From contig NW_019029006.1 in the NCBI RefSeq assembly GCF_002105155.1, forward strand, positions 248,001 to 312,000: DNA of 64,000 nt. Reading direction: 5' to 3'. This document shows positions 24,687-39,040 of this stretch, one piece after another. This DNA is from Lobosporangium transversale (Eukaryota). The notes beneath the pieces are model-generated. The model was given only the letters and a program-made list of their open reading frames with translations, was not told the origin of the DNA and made no database searches. The position numbers and the translations under genes are program-made. Numbering within the stretch: the first letter of the stretch is position 1; the number at the start of each line of letters is the position of its first letter.

Positions 24687-27600
24687 TTTTATAAATATGT
24701 GAATGAGATCAAGATAGATTGAATGCGAAAGATACGTAAAGATTGTACTTTCGCTGAAAAAAGTGAAGGTAGTGGGACTGAAGTAGAGTTAGAGAGCTGA
24801 GTAAAGAAGAAAAAATAAATGGTGGTAGTATCGAACCCTTTTATACTCTAAAAGTAACAAGTCTCCAGCGGCTAGTCCTAGATTGAATGAGCGAGAGATT
24901 TAATTGCATTTAACGATAGATAATGCCGCATTAATTGAATAGAACGATTGAGTGACGAGCATATTTGCCAGGGGGAAATGGCGATGCTTCCAAATGTTTA
25001 TCGAAATTTGCCACAGCTTGGTGTGAAGGACAGGGGCATGTTTGATTGCAGATTTTGACACATGTGGCTAGCCCAAAGGAAATCAACAGCGGTAGAAATG
25101 TCCATCTTTTACTCCCAAAACAGGACATCTATAAAATTTGGCCAATGTGTCAATCCAATTAAAACAATAACAACAAATGATTTTACATTTGCAAACCTCA
25201 ACTGTTTTATGGTTTGCGTAGGTCCAAACTGATGGGGGTAACTTTTGTTTCTATCTCTACTTCTTTAATTCCTAACAGAGACAGATATAGCAGTGTTACT
25301 GATAAGCCTTTGCAGCCCATAATCCCACAATCCCTAACTCGTTTGTTTATCCAAAAACATTTACTAAAAACTATAAAATGAATTGAAAAATAGTCGTATT
25401 TTTACTTGTTTTTTAATATCAATTTATGGGAAAATACCCACTGATTGCTTACTCAAATATACTGTACTAGACTGACTAAAGACGCGACACATGGCAATAA
25501 AGCTGTTTTAGCCCTTCTTTTCTTTGCCCACTAGCATATGCTCATTGCAGCATGTTACCTTTACGCGTCTCGATCACGATCAGAGAAAAAAACAAATTAA
25601 AAACATTTCACAATAATCTCCTGCATATATTTCTCCCTTTCATGTTTCTTTCCTTACAACTCATTCCATCTTTGTAAACCCTCATTAATTCCCGTCATTA
25701 TACATCTACCATCTGCCTCTGAAGGAGAGAGGGCTAACAATTGATGATTCCGAACGCGTTGCTACGAGTTCCCCTGTCCAAACCGAACTCGCGGGAAGTT
25801 CGGGAGCATCCAGCGGATTTTGATTTTTTTGATGCCATGTAAACAGTGCCCGGGCCAAGAAGGATAAAGAGAAGGAAAACACACAGTCCGAAGCTTTGAT
25901 AGTCGAAGAAACTCATTTTCATTACAGGGTGGTGACACAACATTAACTTTTTTTTTGTGCGAGACCATGCGTAAAGGTGATCTAAATGTTGGGGGATGGG
26001 AAAGGAATGGTAACAGAAAATCAACATTGGCCAAGTGCCAATGCAATGAAATGTAGTAGGAGACAAGCGCCAAGTCCACAAGATCTGTATCTTTTAACTA
26101 AATCCCAATGTCAATACTGGCATCAGCAATAATCCTTTTCTCGAACACGCCCATAGAGCTTGAATTAATGCGAGGTGACGATGATAACAAATTTGGGGTT
26201 TTGAGCAACAGAGCTAGAGCCCAGACCAAAGACAAGCGATATTTTTTCATTGATCTGTGGGTGGGCTCACATACGAAATGAGTAAACATTGCAGGAATAT
26301 GAGGTCAGTATAACTATGCTTGATTATAGTGGTGGCAAACACGAAAGACAACCGTGGGTATTCAATATCTGTATGCTAGTAGTAGGTTTGAAGACAGGAA
26401 GAGGTAATTATGGGGCGGTACATATGCGATACTGCGGATATATACAACAGATGGAGGTGTCGTATGTATGTTATAAAACGATAATGTAGAGTCGGCAGAC
26501 ACAGATCCATCGCCTATCCTGTTGGTAAAAGCAATTCAACTTCCGACGCGTGGGACGGGCTAAATGGGTATATGATCACAGAATGTGAGAGCTGAGAAGA
26601 AAGAGGGGCAAGATGGAAACATGTTGACATATATGAAGTGATTAGAATGAGGCCAACTTCTGCTCAGCCGTTGCAGTTTATTCAAAATCAGCAATATGTG
26701 CCTGAAGTCATTGCGTGTTCGGAAAAGGTTCACATGCATGCAAATATCAAAGGAGATTTCTTCCCGATCTTTTTTGCTTTTTATTATCCATCTGGATGTG
26801 TCAAATACATTTGATGAGATGTGCTCTTCCAAACCTCTACTGTAGATGCCCATAACATGGCATGGCATATATACCTCTCAGCTTTTGTTAAAGAGTGTAA
26901 CGCAGCTTTTTTTATATTTTTTTAATTGCAAAATTCACATTCCAGTTCTCGTGTTTAAAATGTGACATTCCACTACAAGGTCCTTAAAAAAAAAAAAAAA
27001 AAAAAAATCCCGCTGTGTTGCCGAAAGGGTTTCATCCCTCATCTTAAGATCTTCATTGAACAAAAATTAATTCAAGTACAAAGTTTGAAACAGTCTAGCC
27101 TCTTGGAGGAAGAAAAAAAAAAGCAATACTTTGGTATCACAGTTATGCAGGGATCATGTTTTATGGACAATAGTTGCAGACAAGTAGGCTCTTTCATACA
27201 TTTGTATCCTCCAACTCGTTTGGTCAGTGATTCATATATTTTCTATTCAAAAAACGATGATTGAATTGATTTGGTGGCTGATTTTGACATTTCACCCTCC
27301 GTGACGAACTGGTGCCAAGGAATATAATTGGCTCCCAATTCAATCAAGATTATTCAAAAAATATATGAATTACTGACCAAATGGGACGGAGTATATCTAT
27401 CTTAGTTTAATAATGTCAAACTAGCAAAGTATTAGTAACGCGTACCATCACAAAATTATTTATCAAATGTCTTACAAGCCTTCTTTACTATTTCTTTTTT
27501 TCTTTTTCCTTGCCTATATTCTTCTACATTGTTCATCATTGATGTATTACAATCATGTCTTTGATGCTTTCATTTATACTAATCTGGCTTTTCTAATTCT

Positions 27601-28021
27601 ATAGTATGGGATGCGGAGAGTATCAATGGATCTTTTTTTTTTTACGTTTGTTACACTGAATAAAGCCTTTTTTTTTTCTTCGATCTTTGCTCTTTAAAAT
27701 CCTTCTAGATCTACTTCTTTCTTTTCCTCCCTTTCTCAATTGTCCTCTATTCTTTCTTTATACTCTAAGACGTAAAGCCATACCACATCCATTCTAATGA
27801 GTAACTGGGCCAAAAATATGTAACGGCAGAGTGTGCCAAGCAAAAAACCAAATAAAAAAACGTAAGGGACGAAGACCGCCCACATTTACACGTGTACGAC
27901 CAGCTCGATTCTTCCTCTCAAGTGTGGCGCCTACCACTCCATCAATTGTTGTTATCACTCGGTTTACCAAAAACTAACCGCTCCACGGCATATTTGCGGC
28001 AGCAAGAAGCATATTTCAGTC

Positions 28022-29942
28022 ATGATAGAAAAGGACGTCAGCATGTTACAAATTTTACTTCCTAAAAAAACATTCCTACAGCTGAAGGATCCTGCACATA
28101 GTGAATCGACAGCTAGCCGGAAGAGTAGTCCTCCTACATATCCAATAATAAGCCCATCTAGGGATGTAAAGGATACGTTTGCCTTCGATACCGATTCCTG
28201 CAACGGCTGTAACGATAACGACGTTGAAAGCTTCACAGCAGCCAGCTCATTTTACATCAACATTGATGACGGCAGCAGTTTTGGAAAAGAGGGAAATCAG
28301 ATACTCCAGGACCCTTTTTATAAGAATGGCAAAAATATTGGTGACAATGGTAATGAGGACCACAATGAGAATGAAGCTGCTACTGAAAAACACCAAATAA
28401 TGACGACAACTTCATTATTTCATTTGGCAAGAAGCCCGGAAAGATGTTCATCGACTCAAGAGGGGACTGAGAATAACTACAGTAGCGGCAATAGCAGCAA
28501 TAACAAAGAAGGATCAATCCTAGCCATAGTTCCAATCACCTTTGCTCCGAAGTCCGAGGCTTATCAGCGATTCAATGCCACAATATCGTCTTTGACATTG
28601 AATCAGGAAGAAAATCATGTCAAAGTTTTATATTCAAATGAGGGCATATCAACAGTGACTCTGCAAAGACCCACGTCAGTAGAATTGGATGCCTTAAGTA
28701 TTGAAGAAAACACATACTCCAATCCATTATCTATCCAAGCAGAGACATTGCCCAATACGAATGTTCCTGGAGGCTGTGATACTGACACAGTCTCAGGGCA
28801 TGAACAGGCTATAGCTTTACCAGCACTTGAGAGCCTGCAGCCCCTTCACTATCCTTCTTTGCCTTGGCGCCTTCCATCGCGATTTTTATCAAGCTCAGCA
28901 CACCAGCCCCCCACTGCCTCTTGCAGCGACTCCGTTGTTGTCCCATCAAATGCTTCCTTCCCCTCGGAACGAACTATTGGACACGATGATGACATAGGGC
29001 AGATTACCCGTCTTTCATCTAAACACTATATTATCCATTCTATTGCTGCTCCTGCTACCGCGGCCGGTGTTGCACTTTATGGGTCGACGCGACATTTCTC
29101 GGATTTAATTATGTCTACGGGCTATGCGACATTCGATTATCTCACAAATATCATCGCGCCTGGCACTATCAACCTTGCTTCCTCAATAACAGATTATTTT
29201 TGGGCATACTTGCCTGCTATCACCGTACCACACCCCCTTCAAACTCGAGATTATAGTCATGAGCTTGAGGAGCAGAAGGACAACAGAAACAATAGTGATG
29301 GCAGCGGTGAGAACAACCACGATATCGTTAGCAGTGTAGAGCAACCTCAGAGAAGCGAGCATAAAAAGCAACGCACGGAGCGTAGAACTGTGACAGAACC
29401 AACTCATTTTGATCAGGCCTTGAGTATTACTTCTAATTCTACGCACTTGGCAACATTCACCTTACGAGAAGGACTCCACCGTAACCATCATTCTGGCCGG
29501 TGCAGTGGCCCAATTGTTGTCGCCCCTGCACACAAAGCATCACATAAACGTCGTCAGCGTGGCCGTCGTTTCCCTTTACAAACACTGCCTGGACCTGAGC
29601 ATTTAGATCCTGAAATTCGCCGACAGCTTGAAGCCGAGGGCTTGGTATCTTTAAGACTATATGATGGGACTGAAGCGAGACATACTCGATCTCACTACGA
29701 TCCAAGACGGTACGGCTTTCCCAAGTACATCATTTGCCATTCTTTTCGGAGACCTAGGCCCTGCACAATGGTCTTGCTAATGATACTGGCCGTTTGTATC
29801 ATCTGTAAGCTTTAAACCTTGTCCTCTTAATATCATATGTACTTGTTTTATCGTCCCGATTTCTCGATTTTTCGATTTAGCAAAAATAACATATACTTCT
29901 TTGTTCTGATAATTAACAGTGCCTATCGTTCGGAGCCGATAA
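28022..29942 (+). CDS. Hypothetical, largely disordered protein with C-terminal TM (tail-anchored)
   Basis: A 597-codon ORF with a probable final intron at 29805-29919 (gtaagc...ttaacag), giving the C-terminus MVLLMILAVCIILPIVRSR*. No recognisable domain. Confidence 0.6.
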
Positions 29943-30171
29943 CAAAAAAAAAAGGAAAGAAAGAAAGAAAGAAAGGTTTGCTTTACGGAATAAAATGGCT
30001 TTTTTACAGGAATCCTTAATGTGGAAAAAATATACATGTCTTTATTAGGCAAAAGCGCCAAAAAGGGAGACAAAAAAAGATTATGCCTTTTTTTGAAAGC
30101 GGGCAATCAATAGATAAAGACACATTGGGATTGGAGTGCTCTTACAGCCAAGAACACAACCGTAGCTCGGA

Positions 30172-30870
30172 TTACTTCTTCTGTGGCTTTTTTGACTTCT
30201 GTGAACAGTCCTTACAATACCATTTGCCTTTTGGTGGCGCTTTAAGGCCTGCACAAGAAAGATGGAACCACTCGATTTCGCACTAAGTTAAGGATCAGTA
30301 GATATTAGCACAGTGTACAACGAATAGCGGATCGCAACAACAAAGCAATGCTATTTAAAGTTACATACATCTCCATTGTCACAGGCGACCATTTCGCCAT
30401 ATGAAACTTGTTGACAATAGCAGTAGAGAGGCTCATTCGGATCGATCGGCAGTTCCGACGTGAATGATGTCCTATAGAAGATAATGTATTGAGTATCATA
30501 GGATCAGCATAGAATCAAAATGAAGTAAATTAGAAATGGCACTCCTATCAGCTTTTAACTCAACGTACGTCTTCTTAGCTCCTTTGGATCCACTCGACGT
30601 TGTTACTGCTCCTCCTTTACGTTTCTCTGACGTTGTTGGTGCCGGTGTTGCTGCATTGTTATTGCTATTATTAGTATTATGGGCCTGCTTTTTCCCTGTT
30701 TTGAAGCATCATAATAATAAGAAAATTGAGCTACAATGGTCTAAAGTAGTATTGTTCCATACTAGAGTAAATTACTGTAAATCCATATTAGCTTACTCTT
30801 TGATGGTGGTGTATCTTGTGCAGCCGAGGATCCTCCTTGATGAAATATAATGGCGAAATACGGATAAGCC

Positions 30871-30906
<36 letters not shown>

Positions 30907-31822
30907 TGGCAAGCCATATGCCCAATATGAGCAAAATAGTATTCAATGCCTTCATTTCTCCTACCCTTTTTATTAGATGTGGCCGTCGATGCTACTACAG
31001 CACTTGCCGATTCATCCTTACGATCTGCTGTTGATGCTCCAGCTGTTATAGAGTTTGTATTGCCAAGGCGTCCCGGTCCAATCATCTGCTCATCTTCATA
31101 CTTCTGTAAGTCATCATCCAGACGTCTAACATGCCGATCAACCTAAATAAGAACAGAGGAGAAGATTGAAGCAACAATTTAAAGATAAACATATCTCCTG
31201 ACAAATACAAAAGAAAAAAGAAAATAAAAAAAGCTTACAACATCATAGGCTGCTGTTGCCAATGCGACTTTCTCCTCGCCTTGCCTGAGGCTCTCAACTA
31301 GCATCTCGTTTAACGATTTGAGTAATTGAATTCTTTCTTGTGGGGTGCATGCCTGAACGTTATCAATGAATTCCGCTGCCTTCGCACTAACTTGTGCCAT
31401 AATCGCTAAAAAATCAAAAAGTCAAAAAATCAAAAAAAAAAAAATATATATTGGTAGCGAGATGATACTTAGTGTCGATACTAACTAAATGTCTGATAGC
31501 GCCATTAAGGAATTTCCGTTTCTTCATTCTTTGACGCCAAGCTAGGACTTTGCATCGACTCACATTGTGCTTTGGCATCCAAATCCTGCATCAATGTAAA
31601 CTGGCGTTGAAGTTCTAGCGGAAGAGACTCAACAGCTAAGAAACGAAGAGAGTAAAAAAAGTAAGAATGGGTCCAAACAGTTGCCATAATGCTTTGCTGT
31701 AAACCATTCAGCATGTTGTTGCGGAAACAGACAATTTGGGAATGGTACCCACTATCAAGATAGTCATCGAGGTAAGCAAGAGCTTCCGTCCTAGTGCCAG
31801 TTGACGCTGACGAGGCCTTCAT
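30172..31822 (-). CDS. ING-family (YNG2/PHO23/ING-like) PHD-finger chromatin protein, multi-exon
   Basis: N-terminal ING domain [27 protein letters not shown]...[26 protein letters not shown]-terminal PHD finger [51 protein letters not shown]. Confidence 0.93.
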
Positions 31823-31836
31823 TTGTATTTCTTTTT

Positions 31837-31870
<34 letters not shown>

Positions 31871-33736
31871 AAGCAGAACCTGACCAAGGGACAAAAGTTA
31901 GTTTTCCAGGAGGATGAGAAATGCTGAGTTCGCCAAGGGAGTAAGTCTCCAGGAGTATGGAGCGTGGCTTATACTATATATACTTATGACTGTTACTCTG
32001 AATAGATTTAATGTCCAAATAAATGGCCGTTAGTGTTTTTTAAACCCATTAGAACAAATATTTTTAAAATCAACATAATAAAACCTAAAAGAAGATGTCA
32101 AACCTTTGGCTACCGATCCTTCTTCGCTGGAGGAAAAGTGCATACGAATCTCACTGAAAAATTCAGGGCGGAAACGAAAGATCCGCCGACTTGGGTGATG
32201 CAAGACCAGAGTTGATCAGAGGGACCAATACAGGCTTCTCCAGTACCTCTGTGTGCTTTGCCAGCCAAAAAATCTAACGAGAGAGGTGTAGAGGGGCCCT
32301 TCCTTACAATCTCCAATTTTTTTTATTCCCATCATGCACAAACATCAAAGGAGCTCTTAGACTATTTAACTCTGACGACCCACAAATCACAAAAATAAAC
32401 AGAATCAGATTAAATCAGATATCAATACTTAATTCATCTTTACGGAGCCAGCTAGAAGCGGGTCTGCGCTCAGGATTAATATACACGATACAGTATTTAT
32501 AAATGTCATGATGTATTTCACAACCAGTCGGAGAAGATCACCGCTAATGAGGTGAAAAATGATCCACTATAATTAATACACGTGAGTATCACCAAGCTTT
32601 TCTCATTCATTACTTGAGAAAGAGAGACACACCAGTAAAAAATATTATTTGGATTAGGGTATGAAGGTTGGGCTGAGAAACAATGATCAAGGTGATTTGA
32701 CATCGTCTCTTCCAAAAAGAATGTACACACCAAGGCCATGATAATAAAGTATACATGTTAGGGACCATGGTACTAAGCTTTTTCAGATGTAAAAATATAA
32801 TCTTATGAGGGCCGGGAGAATGTATTCACCCTTCTTAGAGCATTCATTTAAGTATCCTTGTTCCCATAGACACATGCCTCTAACTTTAATCTTTATTTGA
32901 GCTTAGTTAAAGATCCCTTTAGCAGCCCTGTAATCCAATAATCCACCAATGAGTCTCGATTCCTTCACAAGAAATAGGATCATTCAATCTTGCAACACAT
33001 GATATATATGATCAAAGTATAGGTTACAATTGTAGTTTTGGCGTAGGACAGAACCCTAAAGGTACTCTCACATTCCTACTATCGCAAGTAATCATGTTAC
33101 CGTGCGGCCTTACTGGCAATAACAATAAAGAGATCGTTTTGGTTTTCAGTTTAAACAACGATGGCAGCTTGATAAACTAGTTTAAGTGTCGTTATCAAAC
33201 AGGGATTCGTGTATATTTATCACCTGAAGACAACACTCGCTGAACAGAAGGCGCTCCTTGATGAACCATAGTGAAAAGAAGGAGTACAAGTATAAGTTGC
33301 TTTGAGTAACACGAAGGGAGGCTGGGTAGATGAACTTCTGTACCGCTTGGTCCTCTTCCTTAGTCTATTTTTCAATAGATGTTTAAGAAGGTTGGTTAAA
33401 TATTATTTTTACCACTTTTGTCGAGGTACCTGTCACCAATGTTTTAAATTCATCAAGAAAGACCATAGGATCAGAGAGGATAAAGGTTGTTTGATGAAAT
33501 GGCGCAGGAAAGTCATGAAGGAAATGTTTCGAACAATGACGCCAATTGCTCACTCAAAAAAACATACGTGTGTACATGTACGTTTTTTTCTCTGACAATT
33601 TAGGCTGACTCGACACTCGACTGAATGATTACAAACAGAAAGGAGAACCGCTGTTCGCGCTCTCGCGCGATTAGAAGTCTGACTATGTGTCACTCCCCTC
33701 AGTTCTCAGTCCTTCTGCCCCCTCCTTCCTGCGTTC

Positions 33737-33770
<34 letters not shown>

Positions 33771-34881
33771 TTTGCAGCCACAACCCCCCCTTCTCATGCT
33801 GTATAGGAATTATATTTGAAGAGACAGTTGAGGCATATTCTCATTCGTCTAAATGGTAATTGTTGTTGCTGCTGTTGATATTGTCAATGCATTGAGAAGA
33901 GATGAAAGTAAGCTTTTTATTTTATTTTTGTTTTGTGTGTATGTGTGCATATTTTTATCAACAAACAGGACGGACAGGTCAGACAAGACAAGAGACGTGG
34001 AAAAGAAATCTCTACTTTGCTGTTTACCTTTATCCTGTTTATTATTTTACTTTATTTATTCTTAAAAGTTGAATTATATTTTTATTTTACTTCTTTAATA
34101 AAGCCGTCCGAAAGCATAAATGGGTGTCCTTTGCATTTTCATGTACATGAACGCTGGGGGCATGTCCATTTATTTCAATCATACTATTGAGTTCTTACTT
34201 TTTCCATTTCATTCTTCTCAATTCAACAGTAATAAACAATAACAGTTAACAGTGGTTCAGTAATCTGACCATGTTCATTCTCTTCAAAAATAAATGCTAA
34301 TTGAATAGGAATTTGAATAAGAGCGGGACACGGACTTGGACTCCTTCCTGCCTTTTGTTATTTGCTTACATGTACTTTTCATCCCAACAGGTTTCCATAG
34401 TTTTGCTGGACTGGGTAAAAATGTCCTCTCCTTCTCTTTCTCTCCTTTTGTACTCGCTCTTGTTCCCTTGATCGTCTCTGTCTCTCGTACATCTTCCCTC
34501 TTTCTCTCTTGTGCTCTTGTCCAACCATTAGCTTCTACTGAATTACAGCCACCTTCTCCTTTTTTTGTCTTTTATACTGTTAAACTAATCAATTTCATGT
34601 TGTTTTCTTCTTGACTTCATAGTATATAACTTGCCTTATATTCAACCTCTCTCGTTTCTCACACTCACATTCTAGGCTCCTTGCCTGCAACCCCATGCAT
34701 GCTTCTTTACTCGAGCATTGATGTCTATGCCCACTTATTATCCCTCTGTGTACTTCCTCGCCAACACCTCGATCCTTTTTACCTCAATCAGGCCGTGTTT
34801 GTGAACATTGCAACATTACATTACTTGCTCTGCTTCATGCCTTGAGCACAACCACGCTGTGACTGATCTTGGCGCACCAGT

Positions 34882-37800
34882 ATGAACCATCTCTTCCGCA
34901 ACGACTTCAACTCAAACAATTCCTCCCACTCTCCCGCACCCTCTGTTCCATATAGTGGAGGTAACGACAACACTGTTGGCGGAGGCAACGGCAGCACAAA
35001 CAGCTTTACTCATGATACACTTCGTCCACAGGGTTTAGATTATAATCACCAGCACCAGCAGCACCAGCAGCATCAGCAGCACCAGCAGTACCAGCAGCAC
35101 CAACACCAGCAGACATATCCATTCCAGCCATTACATTATCAGTCGCCCTACCAGCAACAACAGCAACAGCAACAGCAACAACAGCAGCAACAACAACACC
35201 ACCACCAGTCATATCCTTCCTACTCAAATCAGCATCAGTATCCACAGCAGCCACAACAAAGCCAACACTATGGCAGTCCTCCTTCTGAGGACCATCGTCC
35301 TTTAGATTCAGATTCATATAATAATTATGGCGTCCATTCCTCGCGCCGTGCTTCAAATGAGCGCGTGAACCAGGAAGGGCCCATCCGATCCCATATTCGT
35401 GGTATGTCCTCTGAGCATAGCCATCCCGTACGCTTCAATCCCAGTAGGAACTACAATGCGGAATCATCCGAGCATGGGACATTTCTCTCTCGACCTAAGG
35501 CACCAGGACTTCCATGCATAGCTTGCAACATGTCCAGAGCCCCATGTGATGGTGGCTCCCCCTGTCGCTCCTGCTTCGTTAACAGATTACGATGTCACTA
35601 CGAGGGCGATAACAATACGCGTTTCTTTGGAATCGATGCATTGCAACTAGATCACTCTCTGTCGTCCCAGCAGCAACAACAAGCGCATCAGCCACATCTG
35701 CAGCACATACACGACGACAATCACGACAATCACGACAATCATGACAATCGTGATTATCGTGATAGTCGTGACAATTTCTCCTCACATGCAGGTTCTTCAG
35801 ACTCCTTGTCGTCCCATCCCTCGCGTTCTCGCTCCAGATCAGATGACTCTATTTCTGGCTTGGGTTCTGGATCATCTGTTGGTGGCAGGAGTAATCATGA
35901 CCATTCATATCCACGAATCTCACCCATCATATCCCCTCCCGTAACTCTCTCTGATCAATCTTTGATCTCAATACCTCCATTTCAAGAGCTTAGTCACCCT
36001 GATAGAAACCAGCATAACAAAGTGACTTTACCTTCAATCTCGACCATGAGGCCGTCCATTGTACCCTTGTCTTCGGCTACATCGTCATCTACTACATCTC
36101 AGAATTCGCGATCTTCCTCCTCAGCCAAAACTAGTAACACGGCGTCACTTTCAAGGAACTTTCAAGCTCACAATAGTATGGAGCAAGTATTTATTTTCCT
36201 TTTTTTTTTTTTTTTTTTTTTTTTTTTCAGGACAGTTATTGTAGTACTCAAGCGGAGTCTTTGTGCTATCGACGGCGTCTGAACAACCATACTTACTTTT
36301 GTTATATTTCTATCCATTTTACTGTGTTGGAATCGAAGCAGAAAATGGGGTTGGTCAAAATGCGGGATCTTCTTCCAAAACCATCAATGAACGACTTATT
36401 CTTCCAGGGCAAAGATTATCTGGTTCTCGTGGTACCCAAGATAAATCGACCTCCAATCAGATCGGTTCTGGAATAGACAGCAGTGATACACCTGTGCGGC
36501 GGGTGCCTACAAAAAAACAGCTTCAACAGGCTCAGATACCAAAAGATCCGCTTTATTCCCTCTCTAGCGCTAGCATCCGGGCTCGTAAGAATGCTCTTGA
36601 AATGGAAAATATCCAACGAGCAAGCACATTATATACTGATTTTGTTGGCAAAATTAAGACTCTGTCTGCATCCGTGGTGAGTGAGTCCGAGATTGCAAAC
36701 AAAATTACAGCAACCTATCTTTCCGATAGCGTCATGTCCTTCAAGGGGACAGTTGCTAATATGGAGGAGCTTGGAGGAAGTGATCAAGATAAAGATATTA
36801 GCCCACCCTCCAACGATGATGAAGATCGTCAGTTGGATTCGGAAAAGGAGAGGCAAACAGGCTCCTCCAATGCTGAGTCTCCCTATAAGGGCAAGTCCAC
36901 AAACTCAGGCTCGAGGAATGGTTTTGGATCTGAACAGGGTTTGGACCGTATGGCCCGATCCGGGATGTTGCATAGCCTGATCCAACAATACTTCACGCTA
37001 ATTCATCCTCAGTTCATGATCCTCCATAAGAACCAATTCTTGGTTCGATTCTGGGCGCAGTATGGGCCCTTTCCGGAGGCCAAAGAGATTCATACGGGGA
37101 TCCTTCACCGTGCTAAGCCTGAGAATGTATGGCAAGGTTCCGTTGAGACTCGTAACAGCAGCAACGAACGAGATTCAACATGTTTAGGTCATGTTGATCG
37201 ACTCTTGCTATTAGCCATGTTGGCATTAGTATCTAGGCATATCAACGATCGGAGTATGCTAAAGAGTACTGCTGAAGACAGGCAGCGGCGATTGGAGAAA
37301 AGCTTTGTTCTTTTACTAGCCCAGAGTCATGGAACTGAAAGAGAAGCTCAATGCCAGGAGAAAGTACAAGAATCACGTTTACAGGATTTAATGGAAACAG
37401 ATGAGAATGGGGAGAGCGAGACAGGCGAGGACTTTGAGGACCGTGGTGAACAGTTCTTCCAGTGGGCATCCGAGCTTTTGAAGGCAGAGTATGAGGAGCC
37501 ATCACTTACGGTAATACAGTCCTTGCTACTGTTACGTGAGTATGCTGTCTTGGCTGGAAATCATTCCCAAGCGTATATGTATGGGGGAACAGCCATTACT
37601 ATGGCAATGGGTCTTGGGTGGCACCATGCTCACCTTTCTCAGGATTCGAGTCGTGAGGAGAGCCCCAACGTTGTTGGCCAGACGAGAAATTCTGCAGACG
37701 AACAGTTAGAGGAACAAAGGCTGAAAGAGAGAAAAGTGAATGATGAAGAACAAAAGATGTGTTGGTGGCAATGTTTCATCGTTGATCGATGGATGTCTGC

Positions 37801-38936
37801 AACCTACAATCGCCCAGTTGTACGTCTTTTTATTTTATTTTATTTTATTTATTTATTTATTTATTTATTTTTGTTATTACATCTTCGTTATCACATTTAG
37901 TCTGATTGGCTTCTATCTGTCACAATTCTAGAATATCCCGGTCCACATTTTTGACAAGACTCATCTTCGGCCTCTACCTAGGCTCAAGAAGATGTCGCAG
38001 GCGCCAGGAGGGGAAGGTCAACAAGGAAGCTTGTCGGTCTTGACACCAGAGTTTTGGCTAACGCCCAATGAGTCCGATATAGTTCCTCCAGAATCTCTGA
38101 AAAAGTCTGGGGACGTCGACATACAACTAATAGGATCCGGACCAACTACGACTACATCTTCTAATTTACCTGGAGGACAGTATCGAGCCAAGGCATTTTT
38201 TGACCAACAATGTCGACAAGCGTTGTTACTGGATGATATCCTGTGCTTCTTATCTTCTTGGTCTGACGATTTGTTTGTAAACTCTGCCGAGTTTGAGAAG
38301 CTTAGTGTAGCACTTGATGACTGGCAGCGGTCACTGGCCGATTGGCAAACTTTTCCACTCTCGGGTATTGTAGCCATGACGCCTTCCAAAAACAAAGGAC
38401 AAATGATCCCGGAAAATGAGCCCGGTCGCGGTCTCCCTGGGACGACATCGACGCTTGTCACCAATACCAACACAATAGAAGGCCGAGATGTTGTTCAGTC
38501 AACATTGCTTGGCATTACTTTCCATACAATCCGAATTTTGTTATACCGCCCTTTCCTACGGACTAACTTGCGCCATCCACCATGTTTGCCTGCCCGAGCT
38601 AGTTCAGTATGTGCACAATCGGCCAATGCGATGACTTCATTAGCAGAGTATCTGATGAACCAGACGGATTTGACGGTGCAGCCATGCTTGCTGATGCGTC
38701 ACCAGTTCCCGCTTGTGACAGCAGCCGGAATTCAACTTATGAACGCCAATCTGGATGATGAACCTCGACTGTCGACACCTGCTAAAATTAATCTACTGAA
38801 AACGATACGTATTCTTCGGGATGCAGATAGGTCGTCCTGGGGAGCCGGTGTCAAAGATGGGTTCCATCAAGTATTGCGTGAATTCTTTCCTACTCAGATG
38901 AAGCTAATGTACGATGGACTACCAAACATCGAGTAA
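34882..38936 (+). CDS. Zn(II)2Cys6 transcription factor with fungal-specific TF middle-homology region, 3 exons
   Basis: CIACNMSRAPCDGGSPCRSCFVNRLRC zinc cluster after a Q/H-rich N-terminus. Middle region: LIQQYFTLIHPQFMILHK, LTVIQSLLLL, AITMAMGLGWH, WWQCFIVDRWMSATYNRP and ILLYRPFL. Introns are at about 36176-36340 and 37819-37931. Confidence 0.9.
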
Positions 38937-38983
38937 AGATGAAGAAATTGAAGATGTTCTATTCCCCACTGTCTTTTATCCTA

Positions 38984-39040
<57 letters not shown>
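38984..39040 (+). repeat. (TTA)n microsatellite
   Basis: About 18 tandem TTA units in the 3'UTR region of the Zn2Cys6 gene. Confidence 0.9.

Noticed and set aside
25734..26868. Cluster of 60-115 aa ORFs in the intergenic region
   Set aside because: No recognisable motifs and no consistent exon chain could be built.
30284..30368. TCCTTAAC (U12 branch-point consensus) in the last ING intron
   Set aside because: The donor is U2-type GTATGT rather than RTATCCTT, and the motif abuts the AG too closely for a minor intron.
35053..35200. CAG/CAA/CAC tandem repeats (and CACGACAAT repeats at about 35720-35770)
   Set aside because: These are ordinary coding polyQ/H low-complexity tracts of the transcription factor, not spacer-repeat arrays.
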